A stretch of DNA of 60,812 nt, taken from positions 1-60,812 of the forward strand of contig CAMUYE010000001.1 in the NCBI GenBank assembly GCA_947164825.1, given 5' to 3'. The translations under genes were made by a program, and so were the position numbers. Below the pieces are notes generated by a model. The model searched no databases, had not been told where the DNA came from, and saw nothing but the letters and a program-made list of their open reading frames with translations. Positions within the stretch are counted from its first letter, which is position 1; every line of letters begins with the position of its first letter. The stretch comes from an uncultured Clostridia bacterium (GTDB taxonomy: Bacteria > Bacillota > Clostridia > Oscillospirales > Oscillospiraceae). Positions 42,768 to 50,864 of this stretch are shown piece after piece.

Positions 42768-44837
42768 TTACTGGGCCTCGACGGTCTCAGCGACCTCTTC
42801 CACAGCCTCGGCGGCGGGCTCGGCGGTCTCGACGACGGCCTCGGCGGCCTCCTCAGCCAGAGCCTTGGCCTGCTCCTCCACGGTGGGATTCAGCAGGGCG
42901 CGGATGGACAGGGAGATGCGCTTGTTCTCGGCGTCGATGTCGATGATCTTGGCGTCCACTTCCTGACCGACGGTCAGCACGTCCTCGGGCTTGGCAATGC
43001 GGCGATCCGCGATCTGGGAGATGTGGATCAGGCCGTCCACGCCGGGCACGATCTCGGCGAAGGCGCCGAAGGTCATCATCTTCACGACCTTGACCTTGGC
43101 CACGTCGCCCACGTTGTACTTGGCGGTGAACTGGTTCCAGGGGTTCATCTCGGCGGTCTTGTAGCCCAGGGAGATCTTGCGCTTCTCGGGATCCAGGGCG
43201 ATGACGTAGACGTCGATGACGTCGCCGACCTTGACGACCTCGGCGGGGTTCTTGATCCGCCGCCAGCTCAGCTCGGACACGTGAACCATGCCGTCCACGC
43301 CGCCGATGTCCACAAAGGCGCCGTAGGAAGTCAGGGACTTCACAACGCCGGTGTACTTCTTGCCGACCTCGATCTCGGACCAGATCTTCTCCTGCGCGGC
43401 CTTGCGCTCTTCGTTGGCCACGGCGCGGATGGAGCCCACCACGCGGCCGCCGCGGCGCTCGCGGTTGACCTCAGTGATGCGGACCTTCACGGTCTGACCC
43501 TTCAGTTCCTCCAGGTTGCCGCCACGGGCCACGCCGGAAGCGGAAGCGGGGATGAACACCCGGACGCCCTTGACGTTCGCCACCAGGCCGCCCTTGTTGG
43601 TCTCGGTGATTTTGGCTTCCACGGGAGTTTTGTTGTCGGCTGCTTCCTGCAGCTCGTCCCAGACGCGCATGCCGTCCAGCTTCTTGCGGCTGAGCTGAAC
43701 AGTGCCCTCCTGGTCGTTGACGCGGACGACGAAAACCTTGATCTCGTCGCCGACGTGGAGCACGTCCTCAGGCTTGACGTTGGGGTCCGCGCTCACTTCG
43801 TCACAGGGGATGTATCCGGCGTGCTTCGTCCCAAGGTCAACCTGGACTTCGGTGGTGCCGATGGCGACGACTGTACCTGTGACCGTATCTCCTGTGTTTA
43901 GAGTTTTGATACTTGCGTCCAGCAGCGCCTCAAAGCTTTCCTCCGTCGTTGCAGCAGTATCTGTAGTTTGGACTTCCTCCACTACTGTTTTGATTTCATC
44001 CATGGTTTGATTGACCTCCTTTATTATCCACGCAGGCGTCGATGCCCCTGCGGTGATGCCGATGGTATGAATGCCTGAAAAATCGCAGTCCGCCAGCTCG
44101 GCGGCGTTGTCCACCGCGAAGACCCTTCCGCAATGGGCCCTGCAGATGGCGGCCAGCTGTTTGGTATTGGAGCTGGTCCGGTCGCCGACTACGATCATGG
44201 CGTCGCTCTGCGCCGCCAGAAGAGCGGCAGCAGTCTGCCGATTTTCAGTCGCTTCGCATATTGTATCAAAAGTTTTGCAATTTGTACAGAGCGAATTTGC
44301 AATTTCTTCAACTTTTTTCCACAAATTTTGATTGGAAGTGGTCTGCGCGGCCAGTGCCAGGGGCTGATTTCGACGTTCGGGGGCCTCTTTCAGCCAGCGT
44401 TCCAGCTCTTCGGGGCTCTCCACCACCACTGGCTCGGCGCACCAGCCGCAGATCCCCACCACCTCGGGGTGGGTCCTTGTGCCGAAAATCACAGGCCTGC
44501 GGCCCTCGGCCTCGGCCATGCGAACCAGCTTGTGAATCCGCTCCACAAAGGGACAGGTGGCGTCCACCACGGCCAGCCCCCGGGCCTCCAGGGCCTCGTA
44601 GACGTCCCGGCCCACACCGTGGGCCCGGATGATGACCGCGGCGCCTTCGGGGACTTCGGCCACATCGGAGACCTCCCGGACCCCCAGGGCCCGGAAGCGC
44701 TCCACCACGTGCCGGTTGTGGACGATGGGCCCCAGGGTCACCACGGGCCTGCCCTCAGCGGCGGTCTTCTCCACGAGCTCCACCGCCCGGCGGACGCCGA
44801 AGCAGAAGCCGGCGTTTTCCGATAATGTCACTTTCAT
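42768..44837 (-). CDS. ispH: bifunctional 4-hydroxy-3-methylbut-2-enyl diphosphate reductase / ribosomal protein S1 fusion
   Basis: Trimmed to ATG 44835-44837. The N-terminus MKVTLSENAGFCFGVRRAVE...GPIVHN is IspH/LytB and the C-terminal half has four S1 OB repeats (e.g. GTVVAIGTTEVQVDLG, GVVKSLTSYGAFVDIG). I recall this fusion as common in Clostridia. Confidence 0.9.
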   Translation of the reverse strand: MKVTLSENAGFCFGVRRAVELVEKTAAEGRPVVTLGPIVHNRHVVERFRALGVREVSDVAEVPEGAAVIIRAHGVGRDVYEALEARGLAVVDATCPFVERIHKLVRMAEAEGRRPVIFGTRTHPEVVGICGWCAEPVVVESPEELERWLKEAPERRNQPLALAAQTTSNQNLWKKVEEIANSLCTNCKTFDTICEATENRQTAAALLAAQSDAMIVVGDRTSSNTKQLAAICRAHCGRVFAVDNAAELADCDFSGIHTIGITAGASTPAWIIKEVNQTMDEIKTVVEEVQTTDTAATTEESFEALLDASIKTLNTGDTVTGTVVAIGTTEVQVDLGTKHAGYIPCDEVSADPNVKPEDVLHVGDEIKVFVVRVNDQEGTVQLSRKKLDGMRVWDELQEAADNKTPVEAKITETNKGGLVANVKGVRVFIPASASGVARGGNLEELKGQTVKVRITEVNRERRGGRVVGSIRAVANEERKAAQEKIWSEIEVGKKYTGVVKSLTSYGAFVDIGGVDGMVHVSELSWRRIKNPAEVVKVGDVIDVYVIALDPEKRKISLGYKTAEMNPWNQFTAKYNVGDVAKVKVVKMMTFGAFAEIVPGVDGLIHISQIADRRIAKPEDVLTVGQEVDAKIIDIDAENKRISLSIRALLNPTVEEQAKALAEEAAEAVVETAEPAAEAVEEVAETVEAQ

Positions 44838-44865
44838 TCTCTGTCGGTTCCTCTCCCGGATTCGG

Positions 44866-44954
44866 ATGAAGTATCGTTTTATTCTGCGAATAAAACGATG
44901 AATGATGAATAATGTAAGATATGGCGAAGCCATACTTCATATGCGAAGCATACT
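44866..44954. repeat. AT-rich composite palindromic element between plsC and ispH
   Basis: ATGAAGTAT CGTTTTATTC-TGC-GAATAAAACG ATGAATGATGAATAATGTAAGAT ATGGC-GAA-GCCAT ACTTCAT ATGCGAAGCATACTTCA. The outer arms ATGAAGTAT and ATACTTCAT are inverted. Confidence 0.7.
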
Positions 44955-45611
44955 TCACGCCTTCCCCAAGGCATAGATCTTCTTCATCAGCTCCGCGGTC
45001 TTCTCTTCCAGCTCCGCGGCGTCGGGGCGGCTGCAGCTCCAATCCGGGGTATAGGCCTCGCCCATGATAACCTTGACGGGCCGGAAGGGCTTGCGGCCAT
45101 GGGTGATATAGACCGGCACCACAGGCACGCCGGTCCGCTGGGCCAGCATCACCGCGCCGGATTTGGGCTCGGATTTTTTGCCGTTTTTGACGCGGGTGCC
45201 CTCGGGGAAGATCAGCAGCTTCTCCCCGTTCTTCAGCACCGACAGCGACTTCTTGATGGCGGGCAGATCCACATTGTCCCGGTCCACCGGGAAAGCCCGG
45301 AAGGCTGCCAGGAAGCGGCCCAGAACCGGTTTTTCCATGACGGATTTCTTGGCCATGGTCCAGGGCGGGAGCCGGGTCCGCATCAGCAGGAAGACCCAGA
45401 GCGGATCTGCAAAGCCGGAATGGTTGCCGCAGATTACGCAGGGACCCTCCGGAAGATTTTCCCGGCCCCGGAAGGTCGGCCAATGGTACAGGCAGAGGAA
45501 GAAGCCGATCAGATCTCGGAAAAAGCGATACAAATGCTTGACGGCGAAACCCCTGCCGGGTTCGGCCTTCTTTTTGGCCGGGCGGGTCGTCAGTTCAGTC
45601 TGGCTTGCCAT
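44955..45611 (-). CDS. plsC: 1-acyl-sn-glycerol-3-phosphate acyltransferase
   Basis: Trimmed to ATG 45609-45611 (TAATG overlap with the cmk stop). NHSGFADP (HX4D) and FPEGTR motifs. Confidence 0.85.
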   Translation of the reverse strand: MASQTELTTRPAKKKAEPGRGFAVKHLYRFFRDLIGFFLCLYHWPTFRGRENLPEGPCVICGNHSGFADPLWVFLLMRTRLPPWTMAKKSVMEKPVLGRFLAAFRAFPVDRDNVDLPAIKKSLSVLKNGEKLLIFPEGTRVKNGKKSEPKSGAVMLAQRTGVPVVPVYITHGRKPFRPVKVIMGEAYTPDWSCSRPDAAELEEKTAELMKKIYALGKA

Positions 45612-46291
45612 TACGGCTGCACCTTCTTCCGAATAATGGCCTTCATCTCGGCCACCACCTGGTCGATGGTCAGATAGGAGCAGTCCAGAAGCTCCGCGTC
45701 GTCGGCGCACTTCAGGGGGGCGATCTTCCGGTTCATGTCCTGCTCGTCGCGCTTCACCACGTCGATGTAGACGTCCTCATATTTGACGTCCTGGCCCTTG
45801 GCGAGCAGCTCCTTCCAGCGGCGCTCGGCCCGGACCTCGGCGGAGGCGGTGAGGTAGACCTTGACAGTGGCGTCCGGCAGCACCACGGTGCCGATGTCCC
45901 GTCCGTCCATCACCACGTTGTGGGTCCGGGCCAGCTCCCGCTGCATATCCAGCAGATAGGCCCGGACGCAGGGCTGGGCCGAGACGCCCGAGGCCATCAT
46001 GGACATCTCCGGCGTGCGGATCAAATCCGTCACGTCCTGGCCGTTGAGGATCATGTGCTGGATCCCGTCATCCCGATACTCGATCTGGATGTTCACGTCG
46101 TCGATGCAGCGCTCGATGCCGTCCTTGTCCTTCGGGCCGATGCCCATGAGGCTCATGTGATAGCCCACGGTGCGGTAGATGGCCCCGGTGTCCACATAGA
46201 GCCAGCCCAGCTCGGCGGCCACCCGCTTGGCGATGGTGCTCTTCCCCGCCCCGGCGGGCCCGTCAATCGCCACAGATACGTATTTGTCCAT
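45611..46291 (-). CDS. cmk: cytidylate kinase
   Basis: Trimmed to ATG 46289-46291 (AGGAGG upstream). VAIDGPAGAGKSTIAKRVAAELGWLYVDTGAIYR. The 25 upstream ORF codons are heptad-array read-through. Confidence 0.93.
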   Translation of the reverse strand: MDKYVSVAIDGPAGAGKSTIAKRVAAELGWLYVDTGAIYRTVGYHMSLMGIGPKDKDGIERCIDDVNIQIEYRDDGIQHMILNGQDVTDLIRTPEMSMMASGVSAQPCVRAYLLDMQRELARTHNVVMDGRDIGTVVLPDATVKVYLTASAEVRAERRWKELLAKGQDVKYEDVYIDVVKRDEQDMNRKIAPLKCADDAELLDCSYLTIDQVVAEMKAIIRKKVQP

Positions 46292-46305
46292 ATGTACAAC
46301 CTCCT

Positions 46306-46375
46306 GTGAAGTGAGAAGTGAGAATTGAGAAGTGAGAAGTAAGATGTAAGATGTAGGGACAAGCATTGCTTGTCC
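46306..46375 (+). repeat. heptad array (GTGAGAA/TTGAGAA/GTAAGAT) + GTAG-headed REP
   Basis: GTGAAGTGAGAAGTGAGAATTGAGAAGTGAGAAGTAAGATGTAAGAT GTAG GGACAAGC-ATT-GCTTGTCC. The same REP stem occurs at 42640-42662. Confidence 0.85.
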
Positions 46376-46385
46376 GCAGCTTGAC

Positions 46386-46898
46386 CTAAGGCAATTCCTC
46401 GATATATACGATCACGTTGCGTCCGAAGAACTCTGTATAGCCGATTTTCAGATGCTGGCCGTCACCGGTGATCACGCCGCCGAGGGATCTGGCGTTGTGA
46501 TAGCCGGATTGACTCTCAAAATCGCTGTATGCAAAACAGACGCCGTTGATCGTAAAGGATTCCCTGGCGTGTCCCGTTGCCGGCATGGGGTCAAACTCCG
46601 TTACGTATCCCTCCACCGTCTGATACTCGCCCCGTTGATAGGCTCCGACTGTGGCCTGATACATAGCGGCGTGGTAGAAGATAAGTATCGCTGTGAAAAG
46701 CGCAAGCTGGATCGCAAGACCTCCGCTGAAGATCATTCCGATCTGAATTCCGGTCTTCGAGACGCGGTCTGCAGCGGAATCCCGTTTCTTTTTTACAAAG
46801 ACGAGGAAGGCGATCAGGCTGGCGAAAAAGAGAAGCGGTACAACCAGAAGCGCAAAATCAAGCTCAAAGGCCGCCTCGTATAATACACGCGGTTCCAT
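46386..46898 (-). CDS. hypothetical 2-TM membrane protein with C-terminal soluble domain (170 aa), locally low GC
   Basis: Trimmed to ATG 46896-46898 (AAAGGAGAG upstream). MEPRVLYEAAFELDFALLVVPLLFFASLIAFLVFV.... Confidence 0.55.
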   Translation of the reverse strand: MEPRVLYEAAFELDFALLVVPLLFFASLIAFLVFVKKKRDSAADRVSKTGIQIGMIFSGGLAIQLALFTAILIFYHAAMYQATVGAYQRGEYQTVEGYVTEFDPMPATGHARESFTINGVCFAYSDFESQSGYHNARSLGGVITGDGQHLKIGYTEFFGRNVIVYIEELP

Positions 46899-46940
46899 GA
46901 AAAGCTCTCCTTTCGGTTCGGCGCAAAAGTCAGCAGACAT

Positions 46941-47001
46941 GCGGGCAGATTGCCCGCGCTACATTGTCTCCTGTCACTTGTCACCTGTCACCTGTCACTT
47001 G
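46941..47001 (-). repeat. GTAG-headed REP + (GTGACAG/GTGACAA) heptad array; array overlaps the 3' end of the flavoprotein gene
   Basis: Plus strand: GCGGGCAGATTGCCCGCGCTAC ATTGTCTCCTGTCACTTGTCACCTGTCACCTGTCACTTG. On the minus strand the array encodes ...SDR-TGA of CDS 46988..48361. Confidence 0.85.
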
Positions 47002-48361
47002 CGGCAGCGTTGGCCGCGGCGTACGCCGTCGCCCACGCGATCTGCAGGTTGAAGCCGCCGGTGTAGGCGTCCACGTCGATGACTTCCCCGGCGAAGTAGA
47101 GGCCGGGGACCAGCTTGCTCTCCATGGTCTTCGGGTCGATCTCCTTCACCGACACGCCGCCGGAGGTGACGATAGCCTCCTCCACCGGGCGCAGGCCGGA
47201 GATTTTGACGGTAAACTGCTTCGTCAGTTCCAGAAGGCTGCGGCGCTGTTCCTTGGTGACGGAATTCACCTTCGTGTCGCCGGGGATGCCGGAGCGCTCC
47301 ACGATCACCGGGATCATGGTCTTGGGATAGAGCCCCGAGAGGGCGTTCTCGAAGCTGCGGTTTTTGGCCGCGGCGAAGTCCCGCAGGATCCGGGCGTCCA
47401 GGGTGGCCTCGTCCAGGGCGGGCTTCAGGTCTATCGAGATTATGTAAACCTTGTCCTGCTCCATGTGGGCCGAGGCCGAGAGGATCACCGGCCCGGAGAG
47501 GCCGAAGTGGGTAAAGAGGAGTTCGCCGAATTCCTCGTAGACGGGTTTTCCGACGGCTCTCGCCCGGGTCGTCCCCTCATCCGTCGGCTGCGCCGACACC
47601 TTCCCCCCAGGGGGAAGGCTTTCATACAGCCGCAGGTTGACGTTTTTCAGGGCCAGGCCCTGCATGCGGGCGCACCAGGGGCCGTCCTCCACCAGGGGCA
47701 CCAGGGAGCCCACGGGGGGAACGATGGTATGGCCCAGGGCCTTTGCCATCCGGTAGCCGTCGCCGGTGGAGCCGGTGGCGGGGTAGGATTTGCCGCCGGT
47801 GGCCAGGATCACGGCGGGGGCATGGAAGTCGCCCCGGTCCGTGCGGACGCCGGTGACAACGGGGGACGGGGGATACGGATTGCCACGACCAGTCTGCGGA
47901 CTGGTCTCGCAATGACAGGATCGGGACGTTTCTGCCGCAGGAGGCGCGGTCAGGATCTCCTTGGCTCTTGCGCGGCGGAGCTCGACCCCGGCGTAACCCA
48001 GGGCGGTTTTCAGGGCGTCCACCACGGAGGCGGACTTGTCGGACACCGGGAAGACCCGGTTCCCCCGCTCGGTCTTGGTCTCGCAGCCGTGGGACTCGAA
48101 AAATGTGATCGCGTCGGCGGGGGTGAAGCCCGAGAGGACGGAATAGAGGAAGCGGGGGTTCCGGGGGACGTTCTTCAGGACCTCCTGCCAGGAGCAGTCG
48201 TTGGTCAGGTTGCAGCGTCCCTTGCCGGTGATGTAGAGCTTTTTGCCCAGCCGCTCGTTGGGCTCCAGCAGCAGGACCTTTGCCCCGGCATAGCCCGCCT
48301 GGATCGCGGCGAACATCCCCGCGGCGCCGCCGCCCACTACGATAACGTCGTATTCATTCAT
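46988..48361 (-). CDS. HI0933/YhiN-family NAD(P)/FAD-dependent oxidoreductase with two in-frame palindromic insertions
   Basis: Trimmed to ATG 48359-48361. MNEYDVIVVGGGAAGMFAA (GxGxxG)...GLYFAGEVIDVDAYTGGFNLQIAWATAYAAA. It is 457 aa, versus roughly 400-420 aa as I recall for this family. Confidence 0.85.
   Translation of the reverse strand: MNEYDVIVVGGGAAGMFAAIQAGYAGAKVLLLEPNERLGKKLYITGKGRCNLTNDCSWQEVLKNVPRNPRFLYSVLSGFTPADAITFFESHGCETKTERGNRVFPVSDKSASVVDALKTALGYAGVELRRARAKEILTAPPAAETSRSCHCETSPQTGRGNPYPPSPVVTGVRTDRGDFHAPAVILATGGKSYPATGSTGDGYRMAKALGHTIVPPVGSLVPLVEDGPWCARMQGLALKNVNLRLYESLPPGGKVSAQPTDEGTTRARAVGKPVYEEFGELLFTHFGLSGPVILSASAHMEQDKVYIISIDLKPALDEATLDARILRDFAAAKNRSFENALSGLYPKTMIPVIVERSGIPGDTKVNSVTKEQRRSLLELTKQFTVKISGLRPVEEAIVTSGGVSVKEIDPKTMESKLVPGLYFAGEVIDVDAYTGGFNLQIAWATAYAAANAAASDR
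47575..47622 (+). repeat. double-hairpin element (family of 4078-4134) inside the flavoprotein CDS
   Basis: CCTCATCCG GTCGGC-TGC-GCCGAC ACC TTCCCC-CCAG-GGGGAA GGCTTT. Translated on the minus strand as ...SLPPGGKVSAQPTDEG.... Confidence 0.7.
47877..47916. repeat. nested palindrome inside the flavoprotein CDS
   Basis: GGATTGC CAC GACCAGTC-TGCG-GACTGGTC TC GCAATGAC. The stem-loop CCAGTNTGCGNACTGG also occurs at 4090-4107. Translated as ...SCHCETSPQTGRGNP.... Confidence 0.65.
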
Positions 48362-48375
48362 AAAGGTTTTCCTCT

Positions 48376-48477
48376 GAATTGAGAATTGAGAGTTGAGAAT
48401 TGAGAATTTTCGGAGTTTCGCAAATTGCAATTTGCGAAACACATCCATTTTCAATTCTCAATTCTCAGTTCTCAATT
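48376..48477. repeat. composite element: (GAATTGA)n array + GGAG + perfect 26-nt palindrome + inverted (ATTCTCA)n array
   Basis: GAATTGAGAATTGAGAGTTGAGAATTGAGAATTTT CGGAG TTTCGCAAATTGCAATTTGCGAAA CACATCC ATTTTCAATTCTCAATTCTCAGTTCTCAATTG. The right array encodes QLRTEN-TGA of rluB. Confidence 0.88.
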
Positions 48478-49171
48478 GCCGCAGTTCCGCCTCAGTCAGA
48501 TATCGCCATTGCCCCGATTTCAGGTCGCCCAGGGAGATCGGGCCTTCGGCGATGCGCTGGAGGCGGGTGGTCTTCAGGCCCGCGGCCTCGGCCATCCGCC
48601 GGATCTGGCGGTTCCGTCCCTCGTGGATGGTAATCTCCAGCAATGCCGTTCCGTCACGCTGCCACATCAATCGCAGCTCCGGCGCTTGGATGCTTCGGCC
48701 ATCCAGGACGATGGGGCGGCGCAGGAGCGCGAGGGCGCCTTCGTGCCAGCCGGAGACCCAGAGACGGTAGGTTTTGCGGACCTCCCCGGCGGGGTGGGTC
48801 AGGCGCTGGGCCAGGGCTCCGTCGTTGGTCATCAGCAGCAAGCCCTCGGAGAACTGATCCAGCCTGCCCACGGGGTAGAGCCGCCCCAGCGCCGGGGGCA
48901 GGAGCTCCGCAACCGTTTGGCGGCCCTTCTCGTCGGAGAGGGTGGTGACGACGCCCCGGGGCTTGTAGAGCAGCACGGTGACCGTCTCGGCGGGAACGGC
49001 GGGCAGGGGCTTGCCGTCGATCAAAACCAGGTCGGTCTCCGGATCCGCCGTATCGCCAAGGCGGGCAAGGCCTCCGTTCACGGTGACCTTGCCCTGGACA
49101 ATCCATTCCTCCGCACGCCGCCGGGAACAGAGCCCCGCAGCGGAGATTATCTTCTGAACACGTTCTTTCAT
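48458..49171 (-). CDS. rluB: pseudouridine synthase, RsuA/RluB family (S4 domain + catalytic domain)
   Basis: MKERVQKIISAAGLCSRRRAEEWIVQGKVTVNG (S4)...YPVGRLDQFSEGLLLMTNDG (catalytic Asp motif). Confidence 0.9.
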   Translation of the reverse strand: MKERVQKIISAAGLCSRRRAEEWIVQGKVTVNGGLARLGDTADPETDLVLIDGKPLPAVPAETVTVLLYKPRGVVTTLSDEKGRQTVAELLPPALGRLYPVGRLDQFSEGLLLMTNDGALAQRLTHPAGEVRKTYRLWVSGWHEGALALLRRPIVLDGRSIQAPELRLMWQRDGTALLEITIHEGRNRQIRRMAEAAGLKTTRLQRIAEGPISLGDLKSGQWRYLTEAELRQLRTEN

Positions 49172-49192
49172 TTCTTTTTGTTCTTGCGATAT

Positions 49193-49294
49193 GAAGTTGA
49201 AAGTTGAGAATTAAAAATTGAAAGTGATCGGAGTTTTGCAGATTGCAATCTGCAAAACACATTCATTTTCAACTTTCAACTATCAATTTTCAAC
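49193..49294. repeat. composite element homologous to 48376-48477
   Basis: GAAGTTGAAAGTTGAGAATTAAAAATTGAAAGTG ATCGGAG TTTTGCAGATTGCAATCTGCAAAA CACATTC ATTTTCAACTTTCAACTATCAATTTTCAAC. The right array supplies the dacB stop (TGA, 49290-49292). Confidence 0.88.
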
Positions 49295-50294
49295 TGGCGG
49301 GTGGCCAGGAAACGGGCACCTCGGCGACGCATTTGCCGTTCAGGTACACTTTGACCGTACCGGCGTGGGGAAAATCCGGGACGTAGACCAGGCGGGGCTC
49401 CTCTCCGGGAGCGAGGGAGAGCGTCAGATCCGCCTGCGCGATCAGGGTCAGGTCACCGACCCGCATGATCGGCTGGCCTTTGACCGCCGTCTGCTCCTGC
49501 CGGAATTGGGCGAAGCCCCAGTCCAGCAGGGCCATGTGGTCCTGCCAGTCGGCGGGATCGTTGACCGTGACGCAGATCAGGGTCCGGCCCTCCCGCTCCG
49601 CCGCGCTGACCAGGAGCCGCCCCGCCGCCCGGGTATACCCGGTCTTCACCCCGATGCAGCCGGGGCAGCGCCAGAGGAGCTTATTGTGGTTGGTCAGCAT
49701 CCGATCCCCGGACACGACAGCCGTCTTCGCGGCGGCGATGCGCCGGAACTCCGGATTCTGCAGAGCCGCCGCCGTCAGCAGGGCCAGATCCCGGGCGGAG
49801 CCGTAGTTGCCCTCCTGATCCAGGCCGTGCGGGTTGGCGTAATGGGTGTTTTGCAGGCCGAGCCTGCGGGCTGCTTCGTTCATGCGATCCACGAAGGCCG
49901 TCTCGCTGCCCGCCGTGTCAATGGCCAGGGCCAGGGCGGCGTCGTTGCCGGAATGGAGCATGGTGCCGAGAAGCAGCTCCTCCCGGGTCAGGGTCTCCCC
50001 TTCCTGCAGGTACAGAGACGAGCCCTCCACCCCCACGGCCTCCGGGGGGACGGTCACGGGACGGTCCAGATCCCCGGCCTCACAGGCCAGCCAGGCTGTC
50101 ATGATCTTTGTGGTGGAGGCGATCAGCCCGGGATCGTCCGGGTGCCGGGACCAGAGCAGCGCTCCGGTGTCGGCGTCCATCAGCACGCCGCGTCCTGCGG
50201 AGACGGAAGGCGCGGCCTCAGCGGCGGCCGCGGGCAGGCAGAGACTGCCGACAGCGAAAAGGAGTGCCGTCAGCAGAAAGAAAAGTCGTTTCAT
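49290..50294 (-). CDS. dacB: D-alanyl-D-alanine carboxypeptidase (peptidase S11, PBP5-type)
   Basis: Signal peptide and SxxK active site (ASTTKIMT), SGN (HSGND), KTG (VKTGYT). The dacB assignment rests on its position next to scpA/scpB and rluB, as I recall for Bacillus. Confidence 0.8.
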   Translation of the reverse strand: MKRLFFLLTALLFAVGSLCLPAAAAEAAPSVSAGRGVLMDADTGALLWSRHPDDPGLIASTTKIMTAWLACEAGDLDRPVTVPPEAVGVEGSSLYLQEGETLTREELLLGTMLHSGNDAALALAIDTAGSETAFVDRMNEAARRLGLQNTHYANPHGLDQEGNYGSARDLALLTAAALQNPEFRRIAAAKTAVVSGDRMLTNHNKLLWRCPGCIGVKTGYTRAAGRLLVSAAEREGRTLICVTVNDPADWQDHMALLDWGFAQFRQEQTAVKGQPIMRVGDLTLIAQADLTLSLAPGEEPRLVYVPDFPHAGTVKVYLNGKCVAEVPVSWPPAS

Positions 50295-50379
50295 CCTTCA
50301 TCACCCGTTCCAGTTTCCCCGAAACGGGTCGAACTATGCGTTATTTTTCAAATTCGAAATTTGTCAAACGCATTCGCAG

Positions 50380-50405
50380 GGGCCGATGTGGGCATCGGCC
50401 CCTAC
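50380..50405 (-). repeat. GTAG-headed REP, identical to the unit inside metG
   Basis: GGGCCGATG-TGGG-CATCGGCCCCTAC, flanked by AT-rich palindromes (CAAATT-CGA-AATTTG at 50349-50363). Confidence 0.85.
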
Positions 50406-50429
50406 GGCTCCGCAATCCGAATTCGCAGT

Positions 50430-50822
50430 TCAGGCCTCGGTCTTGGGCTTGAAGCCATCCAGGAAGTCGGCCAGCTTGTCGATCAGCTCGGGGGCCTGCT
50501 CCAGGAGACGGTCCGCGGTGCTGGAGGCGGGCTCCGCCACGGGCAGCATCCGCACGGAATCGCCCTTGATGATGAGGAAGGCCACGGGATCGATGTTCAC
50601 GCCGCCGCCGATGCCGCCGCCGAAGGGATCCTTCTTGGCCGCCAGCGCGTTCTTGGTGGCAAAGTCGCTGCCGCCGCCGCCCACGCCGATACGGACCTTG
50701 GAAATCGGAACGACCGTCACGCCGCCCACGTCCACCGGCGCGCCGATGATGGTGTTGACGTCCACCATCTTCTGCATCTTCTCCATCGTGGAGGCCAGCA
50801 TTTCGGAGATGTTGTTATTCAT
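50430..50822 (-). CDS. ytfJ: sporulation protein YtfJ (GerW family)
   Basis: MNNNISEMLASTMEKMQKMVDVNTIIGAPVDVGGVTVVPISKVRIGVGGGGSDF.... Confidence 0.88.
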   Translation of the reverse strand: MNNNISEMLASTMEKMQKMVDVNTIIGAPVDVGGVTVVPISKVRIGVGGGGSDFATKNALAAKKDPFGGGIGGGVNIDPVAFLIIKGDSVRMLPVAEPASSTADRLLEQAPELIDKLADFLDGFKPKTEA

Positions 50823-50864
50823 ATCTGATACCCAACCTTTCTGGTATTTTTCTTCGGTATGATG

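Noticed and set aside
46292-46366. N-terminal ORF extensions reading through repeat arrays (e.g. cmk YILLLTSQFSLLTSQ, flavoprotein KFSILNSQFSIQ at 48362-48454, alaX 2038-2310, ispH 44838-44933)
   Set aside because: The peptides are translations of heptad arrays or REPs. Proper ATG/GTG starts with good RBSs and family-typical N-termini lie downstream.
48376-48477. Heptad arrays as a CRISPR array or as protein-coding tandem repeats
   Set aside because: The period is 7 bp with no spacers, arrays are only 30-50 bp long, and no cas genes are present. All frames contain stops. This architecture does not fit CRISPR.
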